Shown here piece by piece: positions 8,571 through 16,389 of a stretch of DNA of 32,000 bases (position 1 is its first letter; every line of letters begins with the position of its first letter). Origin of the DNA: Ferroglobus placidus DSM 10642 (lineage in GTDB: Archaea > Halobacteriota > Archaeoglobi > Archaeoglobales > Archaeoglobaceae); contig NC_013849.1 of the NCBI RefSeq assembly GCF_000025505.1, positions 540,001-572,000 of the forward strand. Direction: 5' to 3'. The translations under genes were made by a program, and so were the position numbers. Below the pieces are notes generated by a model. That model was not told the DNA's origin. It made no database searches and saw only the letters and a program-made list of their open reading frames with translations.

Positions 8571-9149
8571 ATGACTGATAGAGAAAAATTCGTGCTTTTA
8601 CAATTCTTTCAATTTTTAATAGTGTGTGCTTTAGCACTGGTGTATGCAGTGACGCATCCCTACGAGTACAGAATTGTCTGGACAGTACCATTAATGACAT
8701 CCATTCTTTCGATTATGGTTCGTATAATTCTTCAAGAATATGTATTTGAACTTCGCGATGAGCGTGGGAGACCGACATCAAGCTGGAACAAATGGCTTTG
8801 GGAGACTGGAACTAAGTACAAGTACTATAAAGTTAGAGATTTTCCAAGCTGGTTTATGCCTTTGCACATAGCAGGATTCATGTTTTTAAGCGCTTTTTAC
8901 TGTTTAGCTATTCCAACTATCATAACTGGCAAATTCATATTCCTCGAGCCAGAATATGCCCATCTTTCAATACCAATTGTAATCTACTACCACTTTGTAA
9001 CAGATTTTGAAGGCTGGAAGAGGTTGTTAAAAGATTATAAAACATTTTACTGCCACATCGCCTATACCACAGCTGGTGCAGTATTCTGGTACCTTTTGAT
9101 GGCAATAGGAGTTTTTCCTAAGCCTTTCGATCTTATGCAACAGTATTAA
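8571..9149 (+). CDS. Multi-TM membrane protein (192 aa), partner of module copy 2
   Basis: It starts 5 nt after the copy-2 stop and has 4-5 hydrophobic helices. It is a paralog of 9551-10135, sharing the motif EYAHLSIPIVIYYHFVTDFEGWKR. Confidence 0.75.
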   Translation: MTDREKFVLLQFFQFLIVCALALVYAVTHPYEYRIVWTVPLMTSILSIMVRIILQEYVFELRDERGRPTSSWNKWLWETGTKYKYYKVRDFPSWFMPLHIAGFMFLSAFYCLAIPTIITGKFIFLEPEYAHLSIPIVIYYHFVTDFEGWKRLLKDYKTFYCHIAYTTAGAVFWYLLMAIGVFPKPFDLMQQY

Positions 9150-9189
9150 AAGCTGAAACTATTGAAAGAGATTTAGAGGTGAAAGAAAA

Positions 9190-9554
9190 TTGGGTATCCA
9201 CGAGCTCGTCACAGTGAACGCAAGCGTAGATATAGACCCAGACACGATAAATCTGAAGTCAAAAGGCAAATGGATAACAGCTTGGATAGAAATACCGAGT
9301 TACGACGTTAGTAAGATAAACATCTCCTCAGTTTACTTAAATGGTATTGTTCAAGCAGAAAACAATCCCAAATATGGATTTGTCAGGCATCCAAAGATCG
9401 AGGACATAGATGGAGATGGCTATCCAAGCTTATGGTCAAGTTCGATAGACAGAAGGTCAAGAAGGCGTTAAGAGAAGGAAAAGTTACAATGTTCGTTATC
9501 GGAAAGATCGATGGTAAATACTTTGTTGGCAAAGATTTGGTGAGGATAATATGA
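9190..9554 (+). pseudogene. Module copy 3: stand-alone module ORF interrupted by a 1-nt deletion
   Basis: A TTG start at 9190 is preceded by the SD GAGGTGA (9176-9182). The reading frame breaks after GYP at ~9427, where -AGCTTATGG replaces the GAGCTGATGG of copies 1 and 2. The +1 frame continues LMVKFDRQKVKKALREGKVTMFVIGKIDGKYFVGKDLVRII and ends at 9554. Confidence 0.7.
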
Positions 9555-10135
9555 GAAGTCAGCAGGAGGTAGTCCTCTATACCCAATTACTTCAATTCTT
9601 TTTTATACTAATCCTTAGTGTTATATTTGGATTCGGATTGCCTTACGAAGCCCGCTTCGTTTGGTTATATCCTTTTGCAACCTCAGGGTTATCGTGTGCA
9701 GCGCGAGTGCTTATCGAACAGACTAAGTACGATCTGGTTGATAAGGAAGGGAGGAAACTTTCCAAGTGGAGAACGAGCGTCTACGAACAGTGGTCAAAAG
9801 GTTACAGAGGTGTAAAGGTAAGAAATCTGCCAGACTGGTTTCTGCCAATTCACATTGCTTTCTTTACAATCATGAGCGTAGCCTATGTGCTGATAGCGTC
9901 ATTTATCGCTGGTGAATTTGTATTTTTCAAAGCAGAATATGCACATCTGTCAATTCCTATCGTCATTTTCTACCACTTCGTAATCGACTTCGAAGGCTGG
10001 AAGAGGATAATCACAAATCCAAAGGCTTTATACTACAGCTTCGCTTACTCAACTGCAGGCGTAATTTTCTGGTTTGTGATGATGCAAATCGGTGTTTTCC
10101 CGAGCTTCAAGGAGTTGTTCGCAGTAACTAAATGA
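9551..10135 (+). CDS. Multi-TM membrane protein (194 aa), partner of module copy 3
   Basis: The ATG at 9551 overlaps the restored stop of copy 3 (ATATGA). A GGTGAGG SD lies 5 nt upstream. It is a paralog of 8571-9149. Confidence 0.75.
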   Translation: MRSQQEVVLYTQLLQFFFILILSVIFGFGLPYEARFVWLYPFATSGLSCAARVLIEQTKYDLVDKEGRKLSKWRTSVYEQWSKGYRGVKVRNLPDWFLPIHIAFFTIMSVAYVLIASFIAGEFVFFKAEYAHLSIPIVIFYHFVIDFEGWKRIITNPKALYYSFAYSTAGVIFWFVMMQIGVFPSFKELFAVTK

Positions 10136-10144
10136 GAATTTTGA

Positions 10145-10387
10145 CAGAAGTTCAATGAAGATTCTAACGACGTAAGTGAAATAAATGTCCTTGCAACTTC
10201 TTTAATGATGTTTGTCAAACCTCCAGAGATTAAGGATAGGGATGGAAACAGTTATCCAGAATTGATGGTAAAGTTCGACAAGCAGGAGGTAAAAAAGATA
10301 CTTAAAGAAGGTAACGTTACGCTGTTCGTTATCGGAAAGATTGATGGTAAGTTCTTCGTAGGGGAAGATGGGGTTGGAGTGAAATAG
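10145..10387 (+). pseudogene. Module copy 4: truncated relic with an internal deletion
   Basis: The in-frame translation is ...NDVSEINVLATSLMMFVKPPEIKDRDGNSYPELMVKFDKQEVKKILKEGNVTLFVIGKIDGKFFVGEDGVGVK. It lacks the N-terminal half of the module and the NGIIPAINDPKYGF segment. No partner gene follows. Confidence 0.5.
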
Positions 10388-10493
10388 GTGGGAGGGCTTT
10401 ATGTATATCTCAAAAAGTGTTCTGAAATTCGTTTCGAGATTGTAGAATCAAACAGCGGAACAAATTTTAAGCAAAGAGTTGTTGAGTGAGCCA

Positions 10494-11171
10494 ATGATCG
10501 GCACAATCGTAAACGCCACTATGGTTCTCTTAGCAAGTCTATTCGGCTACGCTATCGGGAGGAAAATAAAAGAGGACGTCAGAGACAGAATTATGAAGGT
10601 TCTCGGACTTACGATAATCTTCATCGGGTTGAAGATGGCGTTCGAGACGAAAAATCCGGTTTTGATAATTGCGAGCGTCGTTATAGGAACGGTTATCGGA
10701 GAGATGCTTAAAATAGAAGATGGACTGGAGTCTTTTGCGGCAAAAATCGAGAGAAAGTTTTCGGGGTTCACTTTCGCTGAAGGATTCGTCACAGCCACGA
10801 TACTCTTTTGCGTCGGACCAATGGCTGTTGTCGGGTCGATAAGGGAAGGACTAACCGGAGACGCTTCTATTATTCTCGCAAAAACCATGCTCGACATGGT
10901 TTCAGCTTTATTTCTATCGGCAATTTTCGGACTTGGGGTAGCTTTATCTTCCCTTTCAATTCTCGCTTATCAGGGAACGATAACGATATTCGCTGGAAGC
11001 GTGGCGAGCTACATGACGGAAGAGATAATCGCTGAAGTTACGGCTTCCGGAGGAATAATCGTAATGGCTATCGGCTTCAACGTCGTTGGGTTGAGCAGAT
11101 TCAAAGCTGCCAACATGCTCCCAGCTTTAATAGTAGCTCCGCTGGGGGTGCTGATTTATTCCGCACTATGA
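10494..11171 (+). CDS. DUF554-family (YdfK/YqgA-like) membrane protein
   Basis: The N-terminus MIGTIVNATMVLLASLFGYAIG...LGLTIIFIGLKMA is characteristic of DUF554, and the protein has about 6 TM segments. An upstream TTG at 10479 is an alternative start. Confidence 0.78.
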   Translation: MIGTIVNATMVLLASLFGYAIGRKIKEDVRDRIMKVLGLTIIFIGLKMAFETKNPVLIIASVVIGTVIGEMLKIEDGLESFAAKIERKFSGFTFAEGFVTATILFCVGPMAVVGSIREGLTGDASIILAKTMLDMVSALFLSAIFGLGVALSSLSILAYQGTITIFAGSVASYMTEEIIAEVTASGGIIVMAIGFNVVGLSRFKAANMLPALIVAPLGVLIYSAL

Positions 11172-11187
11172 AGATCACATTGAAAGA

Positions 11188-11685
11188 GTGAAAAAGCTTG
11201 CGACTTTCATAGCAAAAAGAGAGGGGGCGAATGTTAAAATTGTTGAGAAGGCTGCTGAGCTCCACGACATAGCGAGGAATGAGGAAAATCACGCCTTAAA
11301 AAGTGCTGAAATCGCAAGAAGAATTCTTGAGAAGGAGGGGTACGAAAAAGAATTTATCGAAGCTGTTTGCCACTGCATAGAAGCCCACTCGTTCTCCTCT
11401 GGAGTAGAGCCTAAAACTCTGGAAGCGAAGGTTTTGAGCGACGCGGACAAGCTTGACGCGATCGGAGCTATAGGGGTCGCGAGGGCTTTTATGTTTGCCG
11501 GAGAAAGAGGGAGGAGCATTGAAGAGACTTTAAAGCATTTTGAGGAGAAATTGCTAAAACTGAAGGATTTTCTCTACACGAAAACCGCTAAAGAGCTCGC
11601 AGAAGAAAGGCACGAATTTTTGCTACAGTTTTACAAGCAAATACTGAAAGAGCTTAGTGAAGTCCAAAACGTATTTAAAGCATGA
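11188..11685 (+). CDS. HD-domain metal-dependent phosphohydrolase
   Basis: The motifs AAELHDIAR (HD), CIEAHS and LSDADKLDAIGAIGVARAF are present. The only canonical start is the GTG at 11188 (see findings). Confidence 0.8.
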   Translation: MKKLATFIAKREGANVKIVEKAAELHDIARNEENHALKSAEIARRILEKEGYEKEFIEAVCHCIEAHSFSSGVEPKTLEAKVLSDADKLDAIGAIGVARAFMFAGERGRSIEETLKHFEEKLLKLKDFLYTKTAKELAEERHEFLLQFYKQILKELSEVQNVFKA

Positions 11686-11706
11686 AACTCTACTCAATTT
11701 ATAAGA

Positions 11707-13563
11707 ATGAGAGAGGACATTAAAGAGCTTCTCGGTGGTTTGGAATTCGAAACGACGGCGGAAATAGAGGTACCTGAAAAGCTAATCGATCAAGTTATCG
11801 GTCAGGATCACGCTGTCGAGGCTATAAAAAAGGCAGCAATTCAGAGAAGGCACGTTCTCCTTATAGGCTCTCCTGGAACCGGAAAATCGATGTTAGCCAA
11901 AGCTATGGCTGAGCTATTGCCGAAGGAAGAGTTGGAAGACATTCTCGTTTTTCCAAATCCCGAAGACCCGAACCAGCCGAAGATAAGAACGGTTCCCGCG
12001 GGAAAGGGAAAGGAGATAGTGGAAGCGTATAAGCAGGAGGCTATGAAGAAAGCTCAGGCAAGAAACATGTTCCTCTTCATGCTCGTCTTCTTCATCATAG
12101 CCTACGCGACTCTGCAGAATCAAATGCTCTGGGGAATTATAGCTGCGATAATGCTCTTCATGCTCGCTCGCTACATGATTCCGAGAGAGGAGAGGAACGT
12201 TCCGAAGCTTCTCGTTAACAACGCCGGAAAAGAAACTGCTCCTTTCGAAGACGCTACCGGTGCTCACGCTGGAGCTTTATTCGGAGACGTTAGGCACGAT
12301 CCTTTCCAGAGTGGTGGACTTGAAACTCCGGCTCACGAGAGAGTTGAGGCTGGAGCCATCCACAGAGCTCACAAAGGTGTTCTCTACATAGACGAGATAA
12401 ACACCCTGACGATTGAATCCCAGCAAAAGCTCCTCACGGCAATGCAGGAAAAGAAGTTTCCGATAACGGGACAGAGCGAGAGAAGCAGTGGAGCGATGGT
12501 TAGGACTGAGCCGGTTCCCTGCGACTTCATTTTGGTAGCTGCGGGTAACTTAGATGCGCTCATGGGAATGCATCCGGCTTTGAGGAGCAGAATCAAGGGG
12601 TACGGATACGAAATTTACATGAACGACACAATGCCGGACACTCCGGAAAACAGGAGGAAGCTCGTAAGATTCGTTGCTCAGGAAGTGAAGAGGGACGGAA
12701 AGATTCCTCACTTCGACAAGTATGCGGTGGCTGAGATAATAAAAGAGGCTAAGAAGAGGGCTGGAAGAAGAGGGCACCTCACCCTGAGGCTGAGAGAGCT
12801 CGGAGGATTGGTTAGAACTGCCGGAGACATTGCTTTAAGCGAAGGGGCAAGCGTTGTTAGAGCTGAACACGTGTTGAGAGCTAAGAAGATTGCCAAGTCC
12901 ATTGAGGAGCAGCTTGCGGATAAGTACATAGAGAGGAGGAGGGACTACAAGCTGTTCGTAACGGAAGGAGCTGAGATTGGAAGGGTCAACGGACTGGCTG
13001 TGATTGGCGAGTCAGCCGGAATAGTTCTGCCGATTATAGCCGAAGTCACTCCGGCGTTGAGCAAAGAAGAAGGAAGAGTCATCGCAACTGGAAGGTTGCA
13101 GGAGATTGCTAAAGAGGCTGTCTGGAACGTTTCGGCGATAATCAAAAAGATTATGGGAAGGGACATCTCCAACTACGACGTTCACATTCAGTTCGTCGGA
13201 ACATACGAGGGAGTGGAAGGTGATTCGGCGAGCATAAGCATAGCCACAGCCGTCATCTCTGCCCTTGAGAAAATCCCAGTGCGGCAGGACATAGCGATGA
13301 CGGGAAGTTTGTCTGTGAAGGGAGAAGTTCTGCCAGTAGGAGGTGTAACGCAGAAAATCGAAGCGGCTATCCAAGCTGGACTGAAAAAGGTGATAATTCC
13401 GAAGGACAACCTCGACGATGTTTTGCTTGATGCCGAGCACGAAGGAAAGATAGAAATAATCCCGGTGACGAGGATAGAGGAAGTTCTCGAACACGCTTTA
13501 CTCGACTCGGAAGAAAAAGAAAAACTGCTCGAAAAGCTCTACGTTTCAGCGGAGGCTCTCTGA
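11707..13563 (+). CDS. lonB: Archaeal membrane-bound Lon protease (LonB)
   Basis: The protein is 618 aa with Walker A GSPGTGKS and Walker B VLYIDEI. Two TM helices are inserted in the AAA+ domain (MFLFMLVFFIIAY...IIAAIMLFMLARYMI). The protease domain has the Ser motif EGDSASIS and a downstream Lys (GGVTQKIEAA). Confidence 0.92.
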   Translation: MREDIKELLGGLEFETTAEIEVPEKLIDQVIGQDHAVEAIKKAAIQRRHVLLIGSPGTGKSMLAKAMAELLPKEELEDILVFPNPEDPNQPKIRTVPAGKGKEIVEAYKQEAMKKAQARNMFLFMLVFFIIAYATLQNQMLWGIIAAIMLFMLARYMIPREERNVPKLLVNNAGKETAPFEDATGAHAGALFGDVRHDPFQSGGLETPAHERVEAGAIHRAHKGVLYIDEINTLTIESQQKLLTAMQEKKFPITGQSERSSGAMVRTEPVPCDFILVAAGNLDALMGMHPALRSRIKGYGYEIYMNDTMPDTPENRRKLVRFVAQEVKRDGKIPHFDKYAVAEIIKEAKKRAGRRGHLTLRLRELGGLVRTAGDIALSEGASVVRAEHVLRAKKIAKSIEEQLADKYIERRRDYKLFVTEGAEIGRVNGLAVIGESAGIVLPIIAEVTPALSKEEGRVIATGRLQEIAKEAVWNVSAIIKKIMGRDISNYDVHIQFVGTYEGVEGDSASISIATAVISALEKIPVRQDIAMTGSLSVKGEVLPVGGVTQKIEAAIQAGLKKVIIPKDNLDDVLLDAEHEGKIEIIPVTRIEEVLEHALLDSEEKEKLLEKLYVSAEAL

Positions 13564-14307
13564 AAACTCTTTTAGAACTTTATTTAATTCCTTCCACTTC
13601 TCGAGCATCACCATGTGTCCGGAGTTGTTTATCACAGCCAGCTTAGCGTTCAGCTTGTCTCGGAGGTATTCCGAGTTCTCCACCGGCGTCATAACGTCGT
13701 CGCTTCCAACAGCAATAAGCACTTCGCAGTCAAACTTCAATCCAGCCTCGTAGTCTTGAGTGTAGTCGAATTTATCGCATATCTCGAAATCTTTTATCAC
13801 CACATCTTTCCTGCAGCCGATAATCATGTTTTTAACGAACTCTCTGTCCTTCCTTCCCTCGTAGCTTTTCGAAAACATCCAGCCGACGAGTTTTTCAACC
13901 GTTCCCTCGAAATCGTTTCTCAAACCTTCGAGGAGTTTTGGATTTACCTTGAGTTTAGCTCCTGTAGAAAGCAAAACGAGTCCTTTTAAATCAGCTCTTC
14001 TCGCTAAAGCCTGAGCTATAGCTCCTCCCATTGAATGTCCCACCACTATAAAGCTCCCGAGCTCTTCGATGACCTCTTTTACGACCTCAGCGTAGTCTTC
14101 TGCTGAGTTTACCTCGAAATCCTCGCTTTTACCGTGGTTTGGTAGATCTATCGCGTAACCTCCAAGCTCTCTAAGCTGTTTTTTCCACACTTCCGACGTG
14201 CAGCCGGCTCCGTGTATAAAAAAGAAATCTCCGTCTTTTTCGCTTCTCAGAAAAATTTTCTTTCCGTTTACCTCAATCTCCATGTTCGAAGAAAAAATTC
14301 GAAACAT
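13546..14307 (-). CDS. Alpha/beta-fold hydrolase
   Basis: The protein is 253 aa with an HG oxyanion motif (FIHGAG), a nucleophile elbow GHSMGG, and a C-terminal GSDD...SGHM acid/His arrangement. Confidence 0.75.
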   Translation of the reverse strand: MFRIFSSNMEIEVNGKKIFLRSEKDGDFFFIHGAGCTSEVWKKQLRELGGYAIDLPNHGKSEDFEVNSAEDYAEVVKEVIEELGSFIVVGHSMGGAIAQALARRADLKGLVLLSTGAKLKVNPKLLEGLRNDFEGTVEKLVGWMFSKSYEGRKDREFVKNMIIGCRKDVVIKDFEICDKFDYTQDYEAGLKFDCEVLIAVGSDDVMTPVENSEYLRDKLNAKLAVINNSGHMVMLEKWKELNKVLKEFSESLR

Positions 14308-14313
14308 ATAAGG

Positions 14314-15162
14314 TTACTCTTTTATCACAACGCTCTTAATGTGTTCAGGGATCTCTTCTTCCCCTTCGTAGCCTATTGCCTTATCTACGGCATGCCTCGT
14401 TATGTATCCGGCGACGTGCAGCAGGGTTTCGTTGTATTCTACGTCTTTTTCCATGCTTGCCGTGCAGGGATAGCTGTGGTGGGCTTCGGATACTCTATCC
14501 CATAGCTCTCTCATCGTCGAAAAGCTGAACTCCCTGAGTCTTATTCCAACGAACCAAGCGCATCCGCAGGGGTGACTTCTCAGAACTTCGACCTCCTCGA
14601 TTTTCTTGTAGCCGTCCTCTTCCTCTACTTCTATTCTGAATTTGGGATAGCCCATCGCCATTTCTTCGAAAAATCTTTTTATGATTGGCTGTTCATCCTC
14701 GTACAGAGAGCAAAACGGTTTAGGGGCTGCAAATTCTAACTTGAGGTCTTCGCACTTCTCTTTCAGCTGTCTGACGAGTCCTGGAGTTGCCCACCTCGGC
14801 TCTTCAATGGGGACTATCAGAGCTTTTATTCCGAACTCGCTGAGTTTTTCCGGCAAGGCAAGTAAAACGTCCGGGTGCATGTTTATAGCTACAGCTAAAT
14901 CGGCTTCTGGGAAGTTCTTCGGCAGAAAGTCTTCGGCGTTCTCTATAAAATCCGGCAGGTTCGTTGGGTCTATCATCGCGTAAGTCGCTAAGATGTTTTT
15001 GGAGAAGCTGTAAACTCCGTCTTTGCACTGAACGCAACTGTCAATTCCGCAAGCTCCGAAAGACGGGCAGGAGTTTCGGTAGTTCATGAGATTCGCCACG
15101 AACCTCTCTCCGAAGTTTCCGTGGTATAGGACTACCAATTTCAAATCCGATGAGAACTTCAT
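14314..15162 (-). CDS. Cys-rich protein, probably DUF166 family
   Basis: The protein is 282 aa. The motifs VVLYHGNFGERFVANL, CPSFGACGIDSCVQC, HPDVLLALPE and PKPFCSL match my memory of DUF166, but this is not verified. It lies 6 nt upstream of the hydrolase and 42 nt downstream of the NrfD-like gene. Confidence 0.45.
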   Translation of the reverse strand: MKFSSDLKLVVLYHGNFGERFVANLMNYRNSCPSFGACGIDSCVQCKDGVYSFSKNILATYAMIDPTNLPDFIENAEDFLPKNFPEADLAVAINMHPDVLLALPEKLSEFGIKALIVPIEEPRWATPGLVRQLKEKCEDLKLEFAAPKPFCSLYEDEQPIIKRFFEEMAMGYPKFRIEVEEEDGYKKIEEVEVLRSHPCGCAWFVGIRLREFSFSTMRELWDRVSEAHHSYPCTASMEKDVEYNETLLHVAGYITRHAVDKAIGYEGEEEIPEHIKSVVIKE

Positions 15163-15204
15163 GGAAGAAAAAAGGAGGGAGAATAAAAAGAGTTTTCTAA
15201 AAAA

Positions 15205-16389
15205 TCATAAAGCAACTTCTTCTTCCCAGGGTGGTAGCACTTTTACGAGAATGTAGAGGATTACGAACGGCACAGCCATTATAGCCATCGCTATAGAAGC
15301 GCTTTCTGGACCGAAAAACGGCATCACGTAGTGGCTGAAACCTCTGAAGGTTTTAGAAAGTATTTGTCCTCCGATGACCACGTTCCACCTCATTGCGAAA
15401 ACTCCTATCAAAGTTAGAAGAGACGCCAGCGTATATACCGGCACCCTTGCTGTCAGCGATTTGAAGCTTTTTGCCAGCACTATAAGGATCACTGGAACTA
15501 TTGCACCAAGCACCATTTGAACGACGACGAAGCTGAAGAATATCTTTTCGTTAATTAGCCTCACTATCGCTTTGAATCCCTCTTCTCTTGTGTAGAATAT
15601 GTGACCTATCTCCATGAACTCCAAGCCGAGGTCGAGGATGTAGGAGTAAAGTAAATAGCCGGCAAGCTTGTCAACGCATTTTTCATCTGGCTTGCTTCCT
15701 CGTAAGTAGCTACCAAAAACGTAGATGACAAGAACCAAGGCAATTCCGGAAACCATGGCTGAGAAGAGGAATATTATTGGCATTAGCGGTGAGCTCCACC
15801 AAGGATTAGCTTTCACGCTTCCGAAAATGAATCCTACGTAGCCGTGTAAGAAGGCTGCTGAAGGCAATCCTATGATCGTAATGACGTTCACGATCTTTTC
15901 ATCCCTTTTCATAGCTTTTTCACTGATATCGTAATCGCCGAGGGTTAAGATTTTGTATATAATTCTTCTCAGTCCTTTTTTGGTCTTAGCCCATTCGACT
16001 ATGTCTTTCCTGTAGTCGAAGTATATCTCTATCAGTAACACCACAAGCAGGTACCAAGCGTAGACGAAGCCGAACATTGCCATGGCTGAAGATGTATTCG
16101 GTGTGAACATGATTTCGAAAGCTCTTTCTGGATGTCCTAAGTGAGCTATTAGAGGAAGAGGTGCTGTGAGCAGGAAAGCGAGGGCTGTAAGGAGTGAAAG
16201 TCTGTAGGTTGGCTTCACTTCTTTCACGTTGAATATTCTTTCGAGCGAAGCTACTATGAAAGCTCCCGCAACAAGCCCGGTGATGTAAGGATATACCGCT
16301 ATGAGCACGCTCCAGTAGATTTCGACCTCGTTTGGGTAAATGAATCCCTCTACGAGCTTTAAAGCCTCTTGAAGAATCTCGCTCATCAC
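15205..16389 (-). CDS. NrfD/PsrC-family integral membrane quinone-interacting subunit
   Basis: The protein is 394 aa with ~9-10 TM helices. Its start overlaps the upstream FeS gene stop, with a strong SD (GGAGGTGAGGTGATG). Confidence 0.8.
   Translation of the reverse strand: MMSEILQEALKLVEGFIYPNEVEIYWSVLIAVYPYITGLVAGAFIVASLERIFNVKEVKPTYRLSLLTALAFLLTAPLPLIAHLGHPERAFEIMFTPNTSSAMAMFGFVYAWYLLVVLLIEIYFDYRKDIVEWAKTKKGLRRIIYKILTLGDYDISEKAMKRDEKIVNVITIIGLPSAAFLHGYVGFIFGSVKANPWWSSPLMPIIFLFSAMVSGIALVLVIYVFGSYLRGSKPDEKCVDKLAGYLLYSYILDLGLEFMEIGHIFYTREEGFKAIVRLINEKIFFSFVVVQMVLGAIVPVILIVLAKSFKSLTARVPVYTLASLLTLIGVFAMRWNVVIGGQILSKTFRGFSHYVMPFFGPESASIAMAIMAVPFVILYILVKVLPPWEEEVAL

Noticed and set aside
7200-10400. 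Repeated sequence blocks considered as a possible CRISPR array or IS element
   Set aside because: The repeats are 200+ bp, lie in frame within protein-coding genes and encode a conserved protein module. There is no short-repeat/spacer periodicity, no terminal inverted repeats and no transposase.
4842-10478. Possible genomic island or integrated mobile element
   Set aside because: No integrase, transposase, flanking tRNA or direct repeats are visible. I keep the compositional oddity only as a low-interest observation, not as a mobile-element call.
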